DNA of 64,000 nucleotides from contig NC_000964.3 of NCBI RefSeq assembly GCF_000009045.1, positions 2,976,001 to 3,040,000 of the forward strand, read 5' to 3'. The stretch is from Bacillus subtilis subsp. subtilis str. 168 (GTDB lineage: Bacteria; Bacillota; Bacilli; Bacillales; Bacillaceae). The notes beneath the pieces are model-generated. The model saw only the letters and a list, made by a program, of their open reading frames with translations. It was not told the DNA's origin and made no database searches. This document shows, in pieces, positions 31,426 to 40,645 of this stretch (within the stretch, counting starts at the first letter, position 1; each line of letters opens with the position of its first letter). The position numbers and the translations under genes were made by a program.

Positions 31426-32235
31426 TTATTTTTCAAAACTTGATTTTGAATAATCTGCCCCGAGCCATTTTCGGCTTAGTTTTTTTAGCGTTCCGTTTTT
31501 CTCCAGCTTTTTAATCGCTTGATCCGTGTCATCCGCCAAGGTTTGGCTGCCTTTATTAAACATAAAGTACACCTCGGTATCTAATAACACGTCACCGACT
31601 GTCTTTTGGCGGAAGGCGTGCGTTTTATTCTGAAAATCGACGGCAAACGGTGTAGCTATCGTTGCATCTGCGCGCCCGGTTTCAATTTGATTGGCGGTAT
31701 CATTGCTTCCCTGTCCCGCATATTTCAAATGAATTGGGCTGCCGTGCGTTTTGTTGTACTTTGTAATATAATCTGCCGCATTTGACGTGGCGCCAACTAT
31801 GACTGTTTTTCCGTGTAAGTCTTTTAATGTATGAATCTTGTGATTATCCTCTTTCACCGTGATGTACATCGGCGAGTAGTTATATGGGACTTTATGATAC
31901 AAAAAACGCTTTTCTCGTTCTTTATTTTTGGCCATATTGTGCGCAATCACATCAATTTTTTTATTTCCGAGACTCGTCAGCAAATTTGAGAAATCCATCG
32001 TTTTAAATTCAAATGTATATTGAGGCAACTCCTTATCGATGGCTTTCATCACTTCAATGTCATACCCGGTCAATTCACCTTTTTCATTTAAAAACGCAAT
32101 ATTCGGAAAATCTGTTCCAGTGCCGACTATGACCGTTTGAGCCTGACGATCTGTTTTGTTATTTGTTTGCGAACATCCCCCGCCAAGTAATGCAAACACT
32201 GACAGCAGCAAAACCAATCCTTTACGCTTATTCAT
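31426..32235 (-). CDS. tcyJ: ABC substrate-binding lipoprotein
   Basis: 269 aa from MNKRK; lipobox GGGC; paralog of TcyK. Confidence 0.92.
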   Translation of the reverse strand: MNKRKGLVLLLSVFALLGGGCSQTNNKTDRQAQTVIVGTGTDFPNIAFLNEKGELTGYDIEVMKAIDKELPQYTFEFKTMDFSNLLTSLGNKKIDVIAHNMAKNKEREKRFLYHKVPYNYSPMYITVKEDNHKIHTLKDLHGKTVIVGATSNAADYITKYNKTHGSPIHLKYAGQGSNDTANQIETGRADATIATPFAVDFQNKTHAFRQKTVGDVLLDTEVYFMFNKGSQTLADDTDQAIKKLEKNGTLKKLSRKWLGADYSKSSFEK

Positions 32236-32248
32236 AGGCTGCCTCACA

Positions 32249-32785
32249 TCATGCCCAGCTGGGCGCACCTAAAAGCGTTGGGTTAAATCGTTCCGGAATC
32301 AGAACCTTGTGCATCATCACACCTATGTCCCCGTCTTTTTCCTGCTCAAAATACACTTCATACCCTCTCCTTCTGTACATGTCAGCAAGCCAAGGATGCT
32401 TGCGCGCCGATGTGCCGAGTGTCAGCGCAGGAGCCTTCAGCATATCTCGAAGCACTTTTTCTTCAACATACGTAAGCAGCTTACTTCCGGCGCCTTGCCC
32501 TTTATATTCCGGCAGTGTCGCAAACCACCACACAAATGGATATTTTGAAGGAGGCGTCTCACTCTCCCACGGGAACCTGATTGTAATCGTTGAAATCAGC
32601 TTCCCATCCCGCTCCAGCACAATCGCTGAATGATGTTCAATATTTTCTGATACCATTTGGATATCAGCTCTCGTGGATGGCCAATCAATATCCAGCTGCC
32701 GAATGGGCTGAAATGCGCTGTTAACCAGTTTCAACAGCTCCGATGCATCTTCAACAGTTGCCAGTCGAAAAATATCATCACTCAT
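32249..32785 (-). CDS. snaA: GNAT N-acetyltransferase
   Basis: 178 aa from MSDDIFR; acetyl-CoA motif YKGQGAGSKLL, MYRRRGY. Confidence 0.9.
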   Translation of the reverse strand: MSDDIFRLATVEDASELLKLVNSAFQPIRQLDIDWPSTRADIQMVSENIEHHSAIVLERDGKLISTITIRFPWESETPPSKYPFVWWFATLPEYKGQGAGSKLLTYVEEKVLRDMLKAPALTLGTSARKHPWLADMYRRRGYEVYFEQEKDGDIGVMMHKVLIPERFNPTLLGAPSWA

Positions 32786-32811
32786 TTTTGTCACTCCTCT
32801 TCACAAAATAT

Positions 32812-32851
32812 ATAATTCCTATTTGTTTACTAAGCTTTTATTGTTTATACT
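32812..32851. promoter_or_regulatory. CymR box overlapping the ascR promoter
   Basis: ATAATTCCTATTTGTTTACTAAGCTTTTA resembles the CymR operator. It overlaps TTGTTT-17 nt-TATACT (32823-32851, plus strand) in the snaA/ascR divergent region. Confidence 0.65.
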
Positions 32852-32937
32852 ATAAAGCATACTCTGATCTTTGACTAATCAAAAAAAGTAAACCTTCACT
32901 TCAGTAATTTTAATGATGAAAAACAGGAGGGAGCACA

Positions 32938-33864
32938 TTGGAGTTACGCTCAATCAAAACGTTTCATACGATTGTAAAATTTGGAAGCTTCTATAAAGCT
33001 GCAGAAATACTCAACTACTCGCAGCCGACGATATCGATGCGTATGAAGCAATTGGAGCAGGATTTAGGCGTACTGCTGTTTGAAAGAGGAAAAAGCCTGC
33101 AGTTGACAAAAGCAGGGAAGCTTTTTTATGAACGAACAGGAGATCTTTTGATGCAATACGAGGCGCTTAAACACAACCTCTCCGACTTAAAGGAAGAAGA
33201 GGCAGGCATTATCAACATAGGGGTTTCAGAGCCAACCGCCAGTCTGATATTCCCCGAGATTTTAAAGGATTTCTTAATGGATTACCCAAAGATAACGGTT
33301 AATATCAAGGTTGATGACGCCAATACCTGCAGTCAAAAGCTCTTAGACGGGACGATTGATTTTGCAGTCTGCGGCGAGCCGGAGCTGATTCTTGAAAATT
33401 ACTACCATCCATTTTTTTATGACACATTAAATGTGATTGTATCTGATCAACATCCGCTCGCTGAGAAGAAGGCTGTCCATTTGTCTGATTTAGCAGAAGA
33501 GCGCTTCATATTTACGCCCGCCAATTGCCCCATTCGCTTACAAATTGAACAGCATTTACATAGAGAACTCGGGAATCGCTACAAAAAAATGGAGCTCACA
33601 AGCAGCATGTCACATGAATATTACGTACGTGAAAACATCGGAATTTCAATCTTTACCAGCACCGCACATTCTAAACCGTTCAACGGCACTAAAGTCATTC
33701 CAATTCTGAACCTGGATATCACCCCGCCCATAGGGCTGTTGACAAATCAAAAAGAAGTTCATTTTGACCGCGCCACGAAGGACTTGATCGCCCGGATAAC
33801 CAAACGTTTTCAGCAGCGCAGCAAAGAATTGGAAGGAACCTCTGATAAGACCATTACAGGATAA
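32938..33864 (+). CDS. ascR: LysR-family activator of the snaA operon
   Basis: 308 aa, TTG start with RBS GGAGGG; LysR HTH (SFYKAAEILNYSQPTIS); divergent from snaA (old name ytlI). Confidence 0.92.
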   Translation: MELRSIKTFHTIVKFGSFYKAAEILNYSQPTISMRMKQLEQDLGVLLFERGKSLQLTKAGKLFYERTGDLLMQYEALKHNLSDLKEEEAGIINIGVSEPTASLIFPEILKDFLMDYPKITVNIKVDDANTCSQKLLDGTIDFAVCGEPELILENYYHPFFYDTLNVIVSDQHPLAEKKAVHLSDLAEERFIFTPANCPIRLQIEQHLHRELGNRYKKMELTSSMSHEYYVRENIGISIFTSTAHSKPFNGTKVIPILNLDITPPIGLLTNQKEVHFDRATKDLIARITKRFQQRSKELEGTSDKTITG

Positions 33865-33868
33865 CTGA

Positions 33869-33910
33869 AAAAATAAAAACCACCTCCTGATTCATCAGGA
33901 GATGGTTTCA
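33869..33910. terminator. Bidirectional terminator between ascR and ytkL
   Basis: aaaaccacctcctga-ttca-tcaggagatggttt. Confidence 0.75.
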
Positions 33911-33914
33911 CGGT

Positions 33915-34598
33915 TTAAAGCTCGATCGTCTCACCGACCGACATGACTTTGCCGACTCCGCCCGGCAGGCTGTCAGCGAATGCTTCTGGGTCTTGTTCGA
34001 TGACCGGGAATGTATTGTAATGCACCGGCACGACCTGTTTTGCGCGCAGCCATTCAGCAGCAAGCTTGGCGTCTTCAGGCCCCATTGTAAAGTTATCGCC
34101 AATCGGAAGGAAAGCAAGGTCGATATGATTCAATTCGCCAATGAGTTTCATATCAGAGAAAAGTGCCGTATCGCCCGCGTGGAAAATCGTTTTATCTTCT
34201 ACAGTCAGCAAAATACCGGCAGGCATGCCTGTGTAAGTGATCGTTTTGTTTTCTTCATCTGTGATGGCTGATCCATGAAAGGCCTGTGTGAGCTTCACTT
34301 TTCCAAAATCGAACTGGCGGGAGCCGCCAATATGCATTGGATGAACATTCAAGCCTTTCCAGCCTAAGTACACAGCGAGCTCGTTCGGGGCTATAACCAG
34401 CGCGTTATTTTGCTTGGCGATTTGTTCAGTATCACCGACATGGTCATTGTGGCCGTGCGTTAGTAAGATGACATCCGCTTTTACATCCTCCGGCTTTATA
34501 TCCGTTAATGAATTCCCTGTTAAAAACGGATCAAAAATAATATGATGGTCCTTCGTTTCCACTGTGATTACAGAATGTCCGTGATATGTCACTTTCAT
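33915..34598 (-). CDS. ytkL: UPF0173 metallo-beta-lactamase-fold hydrolase
   Basis: 227 aa from MKVTYHGHS; THGHNDH, AFHGS, HAGDT, VPVHY. Confidence 0.92.
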   Translation of the reverse strand: MKVTYHGHSVITVETKDHHIIFDPFLTGNSLTDIKPEDVKADVILLTHGHNDHVGDTEQIAKQNNALVIAPNELAVYLGWKGLNVHPMHIGGSRQFDFGKVKLTQAFHGSAITDEENKTITYTGMPAGILLTVEDKTIFHAGDTALFSDMKLIGELNHIDLAFLPIGDNFTMGPEDAKLAAEWLRAKQVVPVHYNTFPVIEQDPEAFADSLPGGVGKVMSVGETIEL

Positions 34599-34660
34599 TT
34601 CTTTCACCTCGTCACATGATTTTGTTTTTTTTATTTTCCCTTTTTAAAAAGCTGAAAAAC

Positions 34661-35428
34661 TTATGTTGTTTGATTCTTGTTAATGACATTGAGGCCTCCG
34701 GTGGCTTCAATGACAGTCCCTGTCACAAGGTCTGAGTTCTCCTCACACAAGAAAGCGATAATCCTGGCAATATCCTCGCCTGTACCGGATCTTCCTATCG
34801 GCGTTTTTTCTTTGCCGATTCGCATTCTGGCTTCCTCTATCGATGCTTCTTTCATGTCGCCGACAATGTCTCCTGGGCAAACCATGTTGGCGGTTATGCC
34901 GAATTCGGCTTCTTCAATGGCAATTGTCTTCGTCAAAGAAGCCAAGCCCACTTTCGCAGCGCCAAATGCCGATCGGTGAAGCCAGCCGGGCGCGTGAGCC
35001 GCACCTTGGAATCCGTACGTAATAATGCGTCCAAATTGCTGTTTTCTCATAATAGGAATAACCGCTTTGAATAAATGAAAGACGGCGCTTAAATTTCCTT
35101 CCAGCATGCCATACCATTCATCATCAGTATAATCGGCTAACTTTTTACGTTCAAATATGTATGGTCCAGCGTTGTTAATCAAAAAGTCGATCCTTCCGAA
35201 GCGGTTTAAGGCAGCCTCTGCAATACGCAGCAGATCTTCTTTTTTGGTGACATCACCTTTTACAAATTGCAGCCGGTCAAGACAATCGGGACAGGCTTCC
35301 TTCAGGCGGCTGACTGCCTCCTCATCCTGTCTGTAATTGACTGTTACTGAATACCCCTTTGCAAGCAACGTTTCAGTCACTTTGCGGCCTAAACCCTTCG
35401 AACCGGCAGTAATTAAAGCATGTCGCAC
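34661..35428 (-). CDS. ytkK: SDR-family oxidoreductase-like protein
   Basis: 255 aa from a GTG; TAGSKGLG, NNAG, NMVCPG; the YxxxK position reads FGAAK. Confidence 0.88.
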   Translation of the reverse strand: MRHALITAGSKGLGRKVTETLLAKGYSVTVNYRQDEEAVSRLKEACPDCLDRLQFVKGDVTKKEDLLRIAEAALNRFGRIDFLINNAGPYIFERKKLADYTDDEWYGMLEGNLSAVFHLFKAVIPIMRKQQFGRIITYGFQGAAHAPGWLHRSAFGAAKVGLASLTKTIAIEEAEFGITANMVCPGDIVGDMKEASIEEARMRIGKEKTPIGRSGTGEDIARIIAFLCEENSDLVTGTVIEATGGLNVINKNQTT

Positions 35429-35554
35429 ATGAATACCTCCCAAAGCAACGTCGCCGCTTTCAATAAAGTGTTTCTTCTTCTACTTTACTATAAAAGGCTT
35501 GCAATATCACTTTTTACACTTTGGCATACAAAAAAAGCTGCCTGTACAGACAGC

Positions 35555-35689
35555 TTATTCTGCAGGAGATGAAGACTCCTGATCAGGCATATCGACATAA
35601 CCGCTTTGATATGCTTCTGAAATGAGCCTTGTTGTCTCCTGGCTTTCTTGTTCATCATAAATATAGCGTTCCGGTTCTTTTTTCATCAT
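35555..35689 (-). CDS. ytzD: Small acidic hypothetical protein
   Basis: 43-44 aa (MMKKEPERY...) behind RBS GGGAGG. The longer 78-aa track ORF overlaps argH and has no RBS. Confidence 0.65.
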   Translation of the reverse strand: MMKKEPERYIYDEQESQETTRLISEAYQSGYVDMPDQESSSPAE

Positions 35690-35750
35690 TCTGCCTCCCA
35701 TCATTATAGAGGTAGGTTGGCTATAATGACGGGATTTTATGAAGGAAATT

Positions 35751-37136
35751 TTAACAAACTCCTGCTGCCACGCAAGCTTTCGCTTTTTCAAGCGCCTGTT
35801 CCACCTGTTTGAATCCGGTGCCCCCGGCGCTCATTCTTTTTTCAACTGCGTAGTAAGGGTCTAACACAGTGTAAATATCTTCTTCAAATAGTGTGCTCGC
35901 CTGCTGAAACTCGCCAAACGGCATATCGCTTAAATAGATCCCTCTTTCGATGCATGTGTACACAAGTTTCCCGACCACTTCATGCGCTTCTCTGAACGGC
36001 ATTCCTTTTTTAGCTAAATAATCGGCCAGTTCCGTCGCGTTTGAAAAGTCTTGTTTTGTTGCTTGCTTCATGACGTCTTTGTTTACAGTCATTGTTTGGA
36101 TCATGCCTGTGAAGATTTGCAGGCTGCCCTCCACCGTTTTCACCGTGTCAAACATGCCCTCTTTGTCTTCCTGCAGATCTTTGTTGTAAGCGAGCGGAAG
36201 TCCTTTCATGATCGTAAACAGCCCCATCATATCGCCGTATACGCGTCCTGTTTTGCCGCGGATCAGCTCCGCCATATCAGGGTTTTTCTTTTGCGGCATC
36301 ATGCTGCTTCCTGTTGCGTACGTATCGTCAAGCTCGATGAATTTAAACTCCTGCGAGCACCATAAAATGATTTCTTCAGAGAAACGGGATAGGTGCATCA
36401 TCAGCATACTGCTGTTGCTTAAAAACTCCAAAATGAAGTCTCTGTCGCTGACGCCGTCCAAGCTGTTTTCATAAATGGCATCAAAGCCGAGCAGTTCCGC
36501 TGAATAATCACGGTCAATTGGGAAGGTTGTTCCCGCGAGCGCCCCGCAGCCGAGCGGAGATTTGTTAATCCGCTTCATTGAATCCTGAAAACGCTCCTTG
36601 TCGCGCTCAAGCATCCAGAAATACGCAAGCAGATGGTGAGCGAATGAAATCGGCTGGGCGCGCTGCAAATGTGTGTAGCCCGGCAGAATCGTTTCAACGT
36701 TCGCTTCCGCCTTTTCAATCAGCGCACTTTGGAATGCCTCAATCAGCTCGATGATGTGGCCGACATGATTCTTCAAGTATAAATGCATGTCAGTCGCCAC
36801 CTGGTCATTCCGGCTTCTGCCGGTATGCAGCTTGCCGCCAAGAGGACCGATTTCGTCAATGAGCATTTTCTCAATGTTCAAATGAATATCCTCATAATCG
36901 ACTGAGAATTCCAATGCTCCCTCCTCTGCTTTTTGCAAAAGGGTATTCAGGCCCTCTCGGATTTTCAACTCTTCTTCTGCTGTCAGAATACCGCATTTTT
37001 TCAGCATGGCAGCATGTGCGAGAGACCCTGTAATGTCTTCAGCAACTAAATTTTGGTCAAATGATATGGACGCGCCGAACTCGTCGACCCATTTTTCCGG
37101 TGTTTTTTGAAATCGGCCTCCCCAAAGCTTCTTCAT
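35751..37136 (-). CDS. argH: Argininosuccinate lyase
   Basis: 461 aa; [27 protein letters not shown]. Confidence 0.98.
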   Translation of the reverse strand: MKKLWGGRFQKTPEKWVDEFGASISFDQNLVAEDITGSLAHAAMLKKCGILTAEEELKIREGLNTLLQKAEEGALEFSVDYEDIHLNIEKMLIDEIGPLGGKLHTGRSRNDQVATDMHLYLKNHVGHIIELIEAFQSALIEKAEANVETILPGYTHLQRAQPISFAHHLLAYFWMLERDKERFQDSMKRINKSPLGCGALAGTTFPIDRDYSAELLGFDAIYENSLDGVSDRDFILEFLSNSSMLMMHLSRFSEEIILWCSQEFKFIELDDTYATGSSMMPQKKNPDMAELIRGKTGRVYGDMMGLFTIMKGLPLAYNKDLQEDKEGMFDTVKTVEGSLQIFTGMIQTMTVNKDVMKQATKQDFSNATELADYLAKKGMPFREAHEVVGKLVYTCIERGIYLSDMPFGEFQQASTLFEEDIYTVLDPYYAVEKRMSAGGTGFKQVEQALEKAKACVAAGVC

Positions 37137-38344
37137 GCTTTAATCTGCTCCTTCTTTTTCACGATGCTGTTCACTTTTGTCGGAAGTCCCCAAAGCTCGA
37201 TAAATCCGATTGCTGCATGGTGATCAAATGCATCGTCTTTTGTATATGTTGCAAGTTTTTCATCATATAGAGAGTATTCCGATTTACGTCCTTCTACAAT
37301 TGCATGGCCTTTAAACAGCTTCACGCGGACAATGCCTGTGACATGCTTTTGCGTTTCTTTTAAGAAAGCGTGCAGCGCGTCTTTTAACGGTGAGAACCAT
37401 AAGCCGTTGTAAATGATTTCTGACATTTTTTGCTCGATGATCGGTTTAAAGTGGGCTACCTCTTTCACCAGTGTCAAATCTTCTAATTCTTTATGCGCTT
37501 TGATCAGTGTCATCGCACCAGGGCATTCGTATACTTCCCGGGATTTAATGCCGACGAGGCGGTTTTCCACGTGGTCGATACGTCCGACACCGTGCGCGCC
37601 CGCCATTTCATTCAGCTTCAAGATCAGCTCAGAAAGCGAGTAGGAAACACCGTCAATGGAGACAGGCACGCCCTGTTCAAATGCAATTTCAATCACTTCC
37701 GGCGTGTCCGGCGTTTTTTCCAGCGGAGCTGTTAAATCGTATGCACCTTCTGGCGGCGCCGCCCATGGATCTTCTAAAATGCCGCACTCATTGGCGCGTC
37801 CCCAGAGGTTTTGGTCGATAGAATACGGGCTGTCAAGATTGATCGGAATCGGAATGCCGCGGCTAGCCGCATATTCAATTTCTTCTTCACGTGACCACTG
37901 CCATTCGCGAACCGGCGCGATGACTTCTAGGTCAGGGTTTAATGATTTAATGGAGACTTCGAAACGAACCTGGTCATTTCCTTTCCCTGTGCATCCGTGG
38001 GCAATCGCCTGTGCATCTTCTTTTTCCGCAATTTCAACCAGTTTTTTCGCGATCAGCGGTCGAGATAATGCCGAAACAAGCGGGTATTTTCCTTCATACA
38101 TTGTGTGGGCCTGCAAAGAGATAAGCGCGTAATCCTGTGCAAATTCTTCTTTTGCATCGATCACGTAGGAGTTTGTCGCGCCGACTTCAAGCGCTTTCTG
38201 CTGAACAAATGCCAAATCTTTGCCCTCACCGACATCCAGGCAGCAGGCGATTACATTATATCCTTGCTCCTGAAGCCATTTTATTGCGACGGAAGTATCA
38301 AGACCTCCTGAGTATGCTAATACGACTTTTTTCTGTTCTGACAT
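37133..38344 (-). CDS. argG: Argininosuccinate synthase
   Basis: 403 aa; [22 protein letters not shown]. Confidence 0.98.
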   Translation of the reverse strand: MSEQKKVVLAYSGGLDTSVAIKWLQEQGYNVIACCLDVGEGKDLAFVQQKALEVGATNSYVIDAKEEFAQDYALISLQAHTMYEGKYPLVSALSRPLIAKKLVEIAEKEDAQAIAHGCTGKGNDQVRFEVSIKSLNPDLEVIAPVREWQWSREEEIEYAASRGIPIPINLDSPYSIDQNLWGRANECGILEDPWAAPPEGAYDLTAPLEKTPDTPEVIEIAFEQGVPVSIDGVSYSLSELILKLNEMAGAHGVGRIDHVENRLVGIKSREVYECPGAMTLIKAHKELEDLTLVKEVAHFKPIIEQKMSEIIYNGLWFSPLKDALHAFLKETQKHVTGIVRVKLFKGHAIVEGRKSEYSLYDEKLATYTKDDAFDHHAAIGFIELWGLPTKVNSIVKKKEQIKA

Positions 38345-38376
38345 GATAAAAATCCCCTCTCAACCGTGTTTCTATT

Positions 38377-38412
38377 TTGTATAAAAATAAATTATATTTA
38401 ATAAAAATACAT
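38377..38412. promoter_or_regulatory. Tandem AhrC (ARG) boxes upstream of argG
   Basis: ttgtataaaaataaat and tttaataaaaatacat resemble the ATGAATAAAAATTCAT-type consensus. Confidence 0.65.
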
Positions 38413-38463
38413 TTTGTATGTATACACTTTAACAAGTACGTTTCGTTTTTTCAAGCCTTTTAT

Positions 38464-38497
38464 AAAAAAAACTTCACCTAAATTTCAGGTGAAGTTT
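38464..38497 (-). terminator. Terminator after moaB
   Basis: aaaaaaaacttcacct-aaatttc-aggtgaagttt. Confidence 0.8.
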
Positions 38498-38513
38498 CAT
38501 AGTATTTATTCAT

Positions 38514-39026
38514 TTACTTGTCTTTTCTGATTTCTCTGACCACATGCGCAAGTTCGGGAATAATCAGCTTATTCATTGCCAGCTTTACTGCGCCGCTTGA
38601 GCCTGGCGTTGAGAAAACAGCGGTATGCTGAATGACGCCGGCAGTTGCTCTCGACATGATTGCGGCAGAGCCGATATCCTCTGTATAACTCAGCATCCTG
38701 AATATTTCTCCAAAGCCGGGCAGTTCTTTCGAAAACAGCGGCGTTATGGCTTCAATTGTGACATCCCGATCTGCTATGCCTGTCCCTCCGTTTAAGAGTA
38801 CCGCGTCTGTCTGTTCATCCATGCAGCCCGCAAGCACTGACCGTTGCAAAGCATCCTTTTCGTCTTTTACAATTTCATATGCGGCAATATGATGACCGGC
38901 TTCTTCTAAAAATGAGATCATCAGCTTGCCGCTTTTATCGGTTTCATCTGTCCTCGTGTCACTGACAGTAATCACTTTGCACCGAACGATATCGGGAGCT
39001 TCTTGTTTATGCTCTTGAACGCTCAT
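38514..39026 (-). CDS. moaB: Molybdenum cofactor biosynthesis protein MoaB
   Basis: 170 aa from MSVQEHK; TVSDTRT..TDKSG, NGGTG, LPGFGEIFR. Confidence 0.93.
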   Translation of the reverse strand: MSVQEHKQEAPDIVRCKVITVSDTRTDETDKSGKLMISFLEEAGHHIAAYEIVKDEKDALQRSVLAGCMDEQTDAVLLNGGTGIADRDVTIEAITPLFSKELPGFGEIFRMLSYTEDIGSAAIMSRATAGVIQHTAVFSTPGSSGAVKLAMNKLIIPELAHVVREIRKDK

Positions 39027-39073
39027 TGGCCCACCTCTTTTATGTTTTCTGTCTGTCACTATCATGCATCAAC

Positions 39074-39102
39074 AAAAAAGCACATTCAAGAGAATGTGCT
39101 TT
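39074..39102 (-). terminator. Terminator after ackA
   Basis: aaaaaagcacattc-aa-gagaatgtgcttt. Confidence 0.75.
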
Positions 39103-39110
39103 CATGCGAT

Positions 39111-40298
39111 TTATTTTGCTAAACGAACAACGTCGCGCGCAATCATGACTTCTTCATCAGTCGGGATGATCATGACTTTTACTGGAGAATGCGGATAGCT
39201 GATGAAAGCTTCCTCGCCGCGCACGTTATTAAGCGCAGGGTCCCAGTATACGCCCATGAATTCTAAACCGCGAAGAACGCGTTCTCTGACTTCCACACTG
39301 TTTTCACCGATACCGGCAGTAAAGATGATCGCATCTACACCGCTCATTCTTGCAGCGTAAGAACCGATGTATTTGTGGATTCTGCTTGCGAATACTTCAA
39401 GAGCCGTTTCCGCGCGCTCATTTCCTTCTTTCGTAGCTTCAACGATGTCACGAAGATCGCTTGAGAAACCGGAAATGCCGAGCAGTCCGCTTTTTTTGTT
39501 TAATGTATTCAGTACTTCGTCAGCCGTTTGGCCTGTTTTCTCCATGATGTATGGGATCAGGGCAGGGTCGATGTTTCCAGAGCGTGTGCCCATTGCTACA
39601 CCGGCAAGCGGCGTAAAGCCCATGGATGTGTCAATAGATTTTCCGCCTTCAACAGCGGCAATACTTGCTCCGTTTCCAAGGTGGCAGGAAATCAGGCGCA
39701 AGTCTTTTAACGGACGGCCGAGAAGCTCTGCCGCACGCTCAGTTACATATTTATGTGAAGTGCCGTGGAAGCCGTATTTACGGATGCCGAATTTTTCATA
39801 GTATTCATACGGCAAGCTGTAAAGGTAAGACTGCTCAGGCATTGTTTGGTGGAATGCTGTATCAAATACAGCTACCGCAGGAACATTTGGAAGCACTTCT
39901 TTGAACGCTTTAATTCCAACGATATTTGCCGGATTGTGAAGCGGTGCCAATTCAGAAATATCTTCGATTTCCTTAATGGTTTCATCCGTTAATAAAACAG
40001 AATCGCTGAATTTTTCTCCGCCGTGAACGACACGATGGCCAATTCCGTCAATTTCATTCAAGTCTTTAATAATGCCGAATTCCGTTAACTTATTCAGCAG
40101 CATTTTAACAGCTACCGCATGATCTGGAATATCAGTTACTTCTGTATTTTTTTCGCCGTTCACAGAAATTGTGAATACGCTGTCGGCGATACCGATTCGT
40201 TCAACTAAACCCTTCGTTAAAACGGTTTCTGAAGGCATTTCGAAAAGCTGAAATTTCAAAGACGAGCTTCCTGCGTTAATTGCAATAATTTTGGACAT
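39111..40298 (-). CDS. ackA: Acetate kinase
   Basis: 395 aa from [15 protein letters not shown]; [29 protein letters not shown]. Confidence 0.98.
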   Translation of the reverse strand: MSKIIAINAGSSSLKFQLFEMPSETVLTKGLVERIGIADSVFTISVNGEKNTEVTDIPDHAVAVKMLLNKLTEFGIIKDLNEIDGIGHRVVHGGEKFSDSVLLTDETIKEIEDISELAPLHNPANIVGIKAFKEVLPNVPAVAVFDTAFHQTMPEQSYLYSLPYEYYEKFGIRKYGFHGTSHKYVTERAAELLGRPLKDLRLISCHLGNGASIAAVEGGKSIDTSMGFTPLAGVAMGTRSGNIDPALIPYIMEKTGQTADEVLNTLNKKSGLLGISGFSSDLRDIVEATKEGNERAETALEVFASRIHKYIGSYAARMSGVDAIIFTAGIGENSVEVRERVLRGLEFMGVYWDPALNNVRGEEAFISYPHSPVKVMIIPTDEEVMIARDVVRLAK

Positions 40299-40439
40299 GA
40301 TTGACGCTCCTTTATACTCTGTATCAACAACTTCGTTTTTCGTACTTTTTTCCCGGTGAATATCAACATCTTCTCCGAAAAATATCTGACTTTTCCATTT
40401 AAACATTGTCATGTCGGCTTTTCAAGTCAACTTGCGTAT

Positions 40440-40513
40440 TGATAACGCTTACAATAAGAAGTCGTTATTTTCAGACACATTCACTATAGGTTTTGTATTG
40501 ATGAACGCTTACA
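40440..40513 (-). promoter_or_regulatory. Two cre sites upstream of the ackA promoter
   Basis: TGTAAGCGTTATCA (40453-40440) and TGTAAGCGTTCATC (40513-40500); the upstream position fits CcpA activation. Confidence 0.85.
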
Positions 40514-40590
40514 ATTTGCGGTTTTTCCCTCTGTATTTTGTGTTTCAAAGCTGGATTCAATTCGTCAAGTCCGGTCTTCAAAAGCATAAA

Positions 40591-40639
40591 TAAAAGCAGC
40601 TTAGGCATCGACCTCATACGGCTGTCTAAGCTGCTTTTA
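40591..40639 (-). terminator. Terminator after ytxK
   Basis: 13-bp stem aaaagcagcttag/ctaagctgctttt. Confidence 0.8.
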
Positions 40640-40645
40640 AAACAC

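Noticed and set aside
22680-33915. Attachment-site direct repeats flanking the snaA block
   Set aside because: Only short A-rich matches (gaaaataaaaa-like) belonging to terminator tracts; no integrase, tRNA or IS ends.
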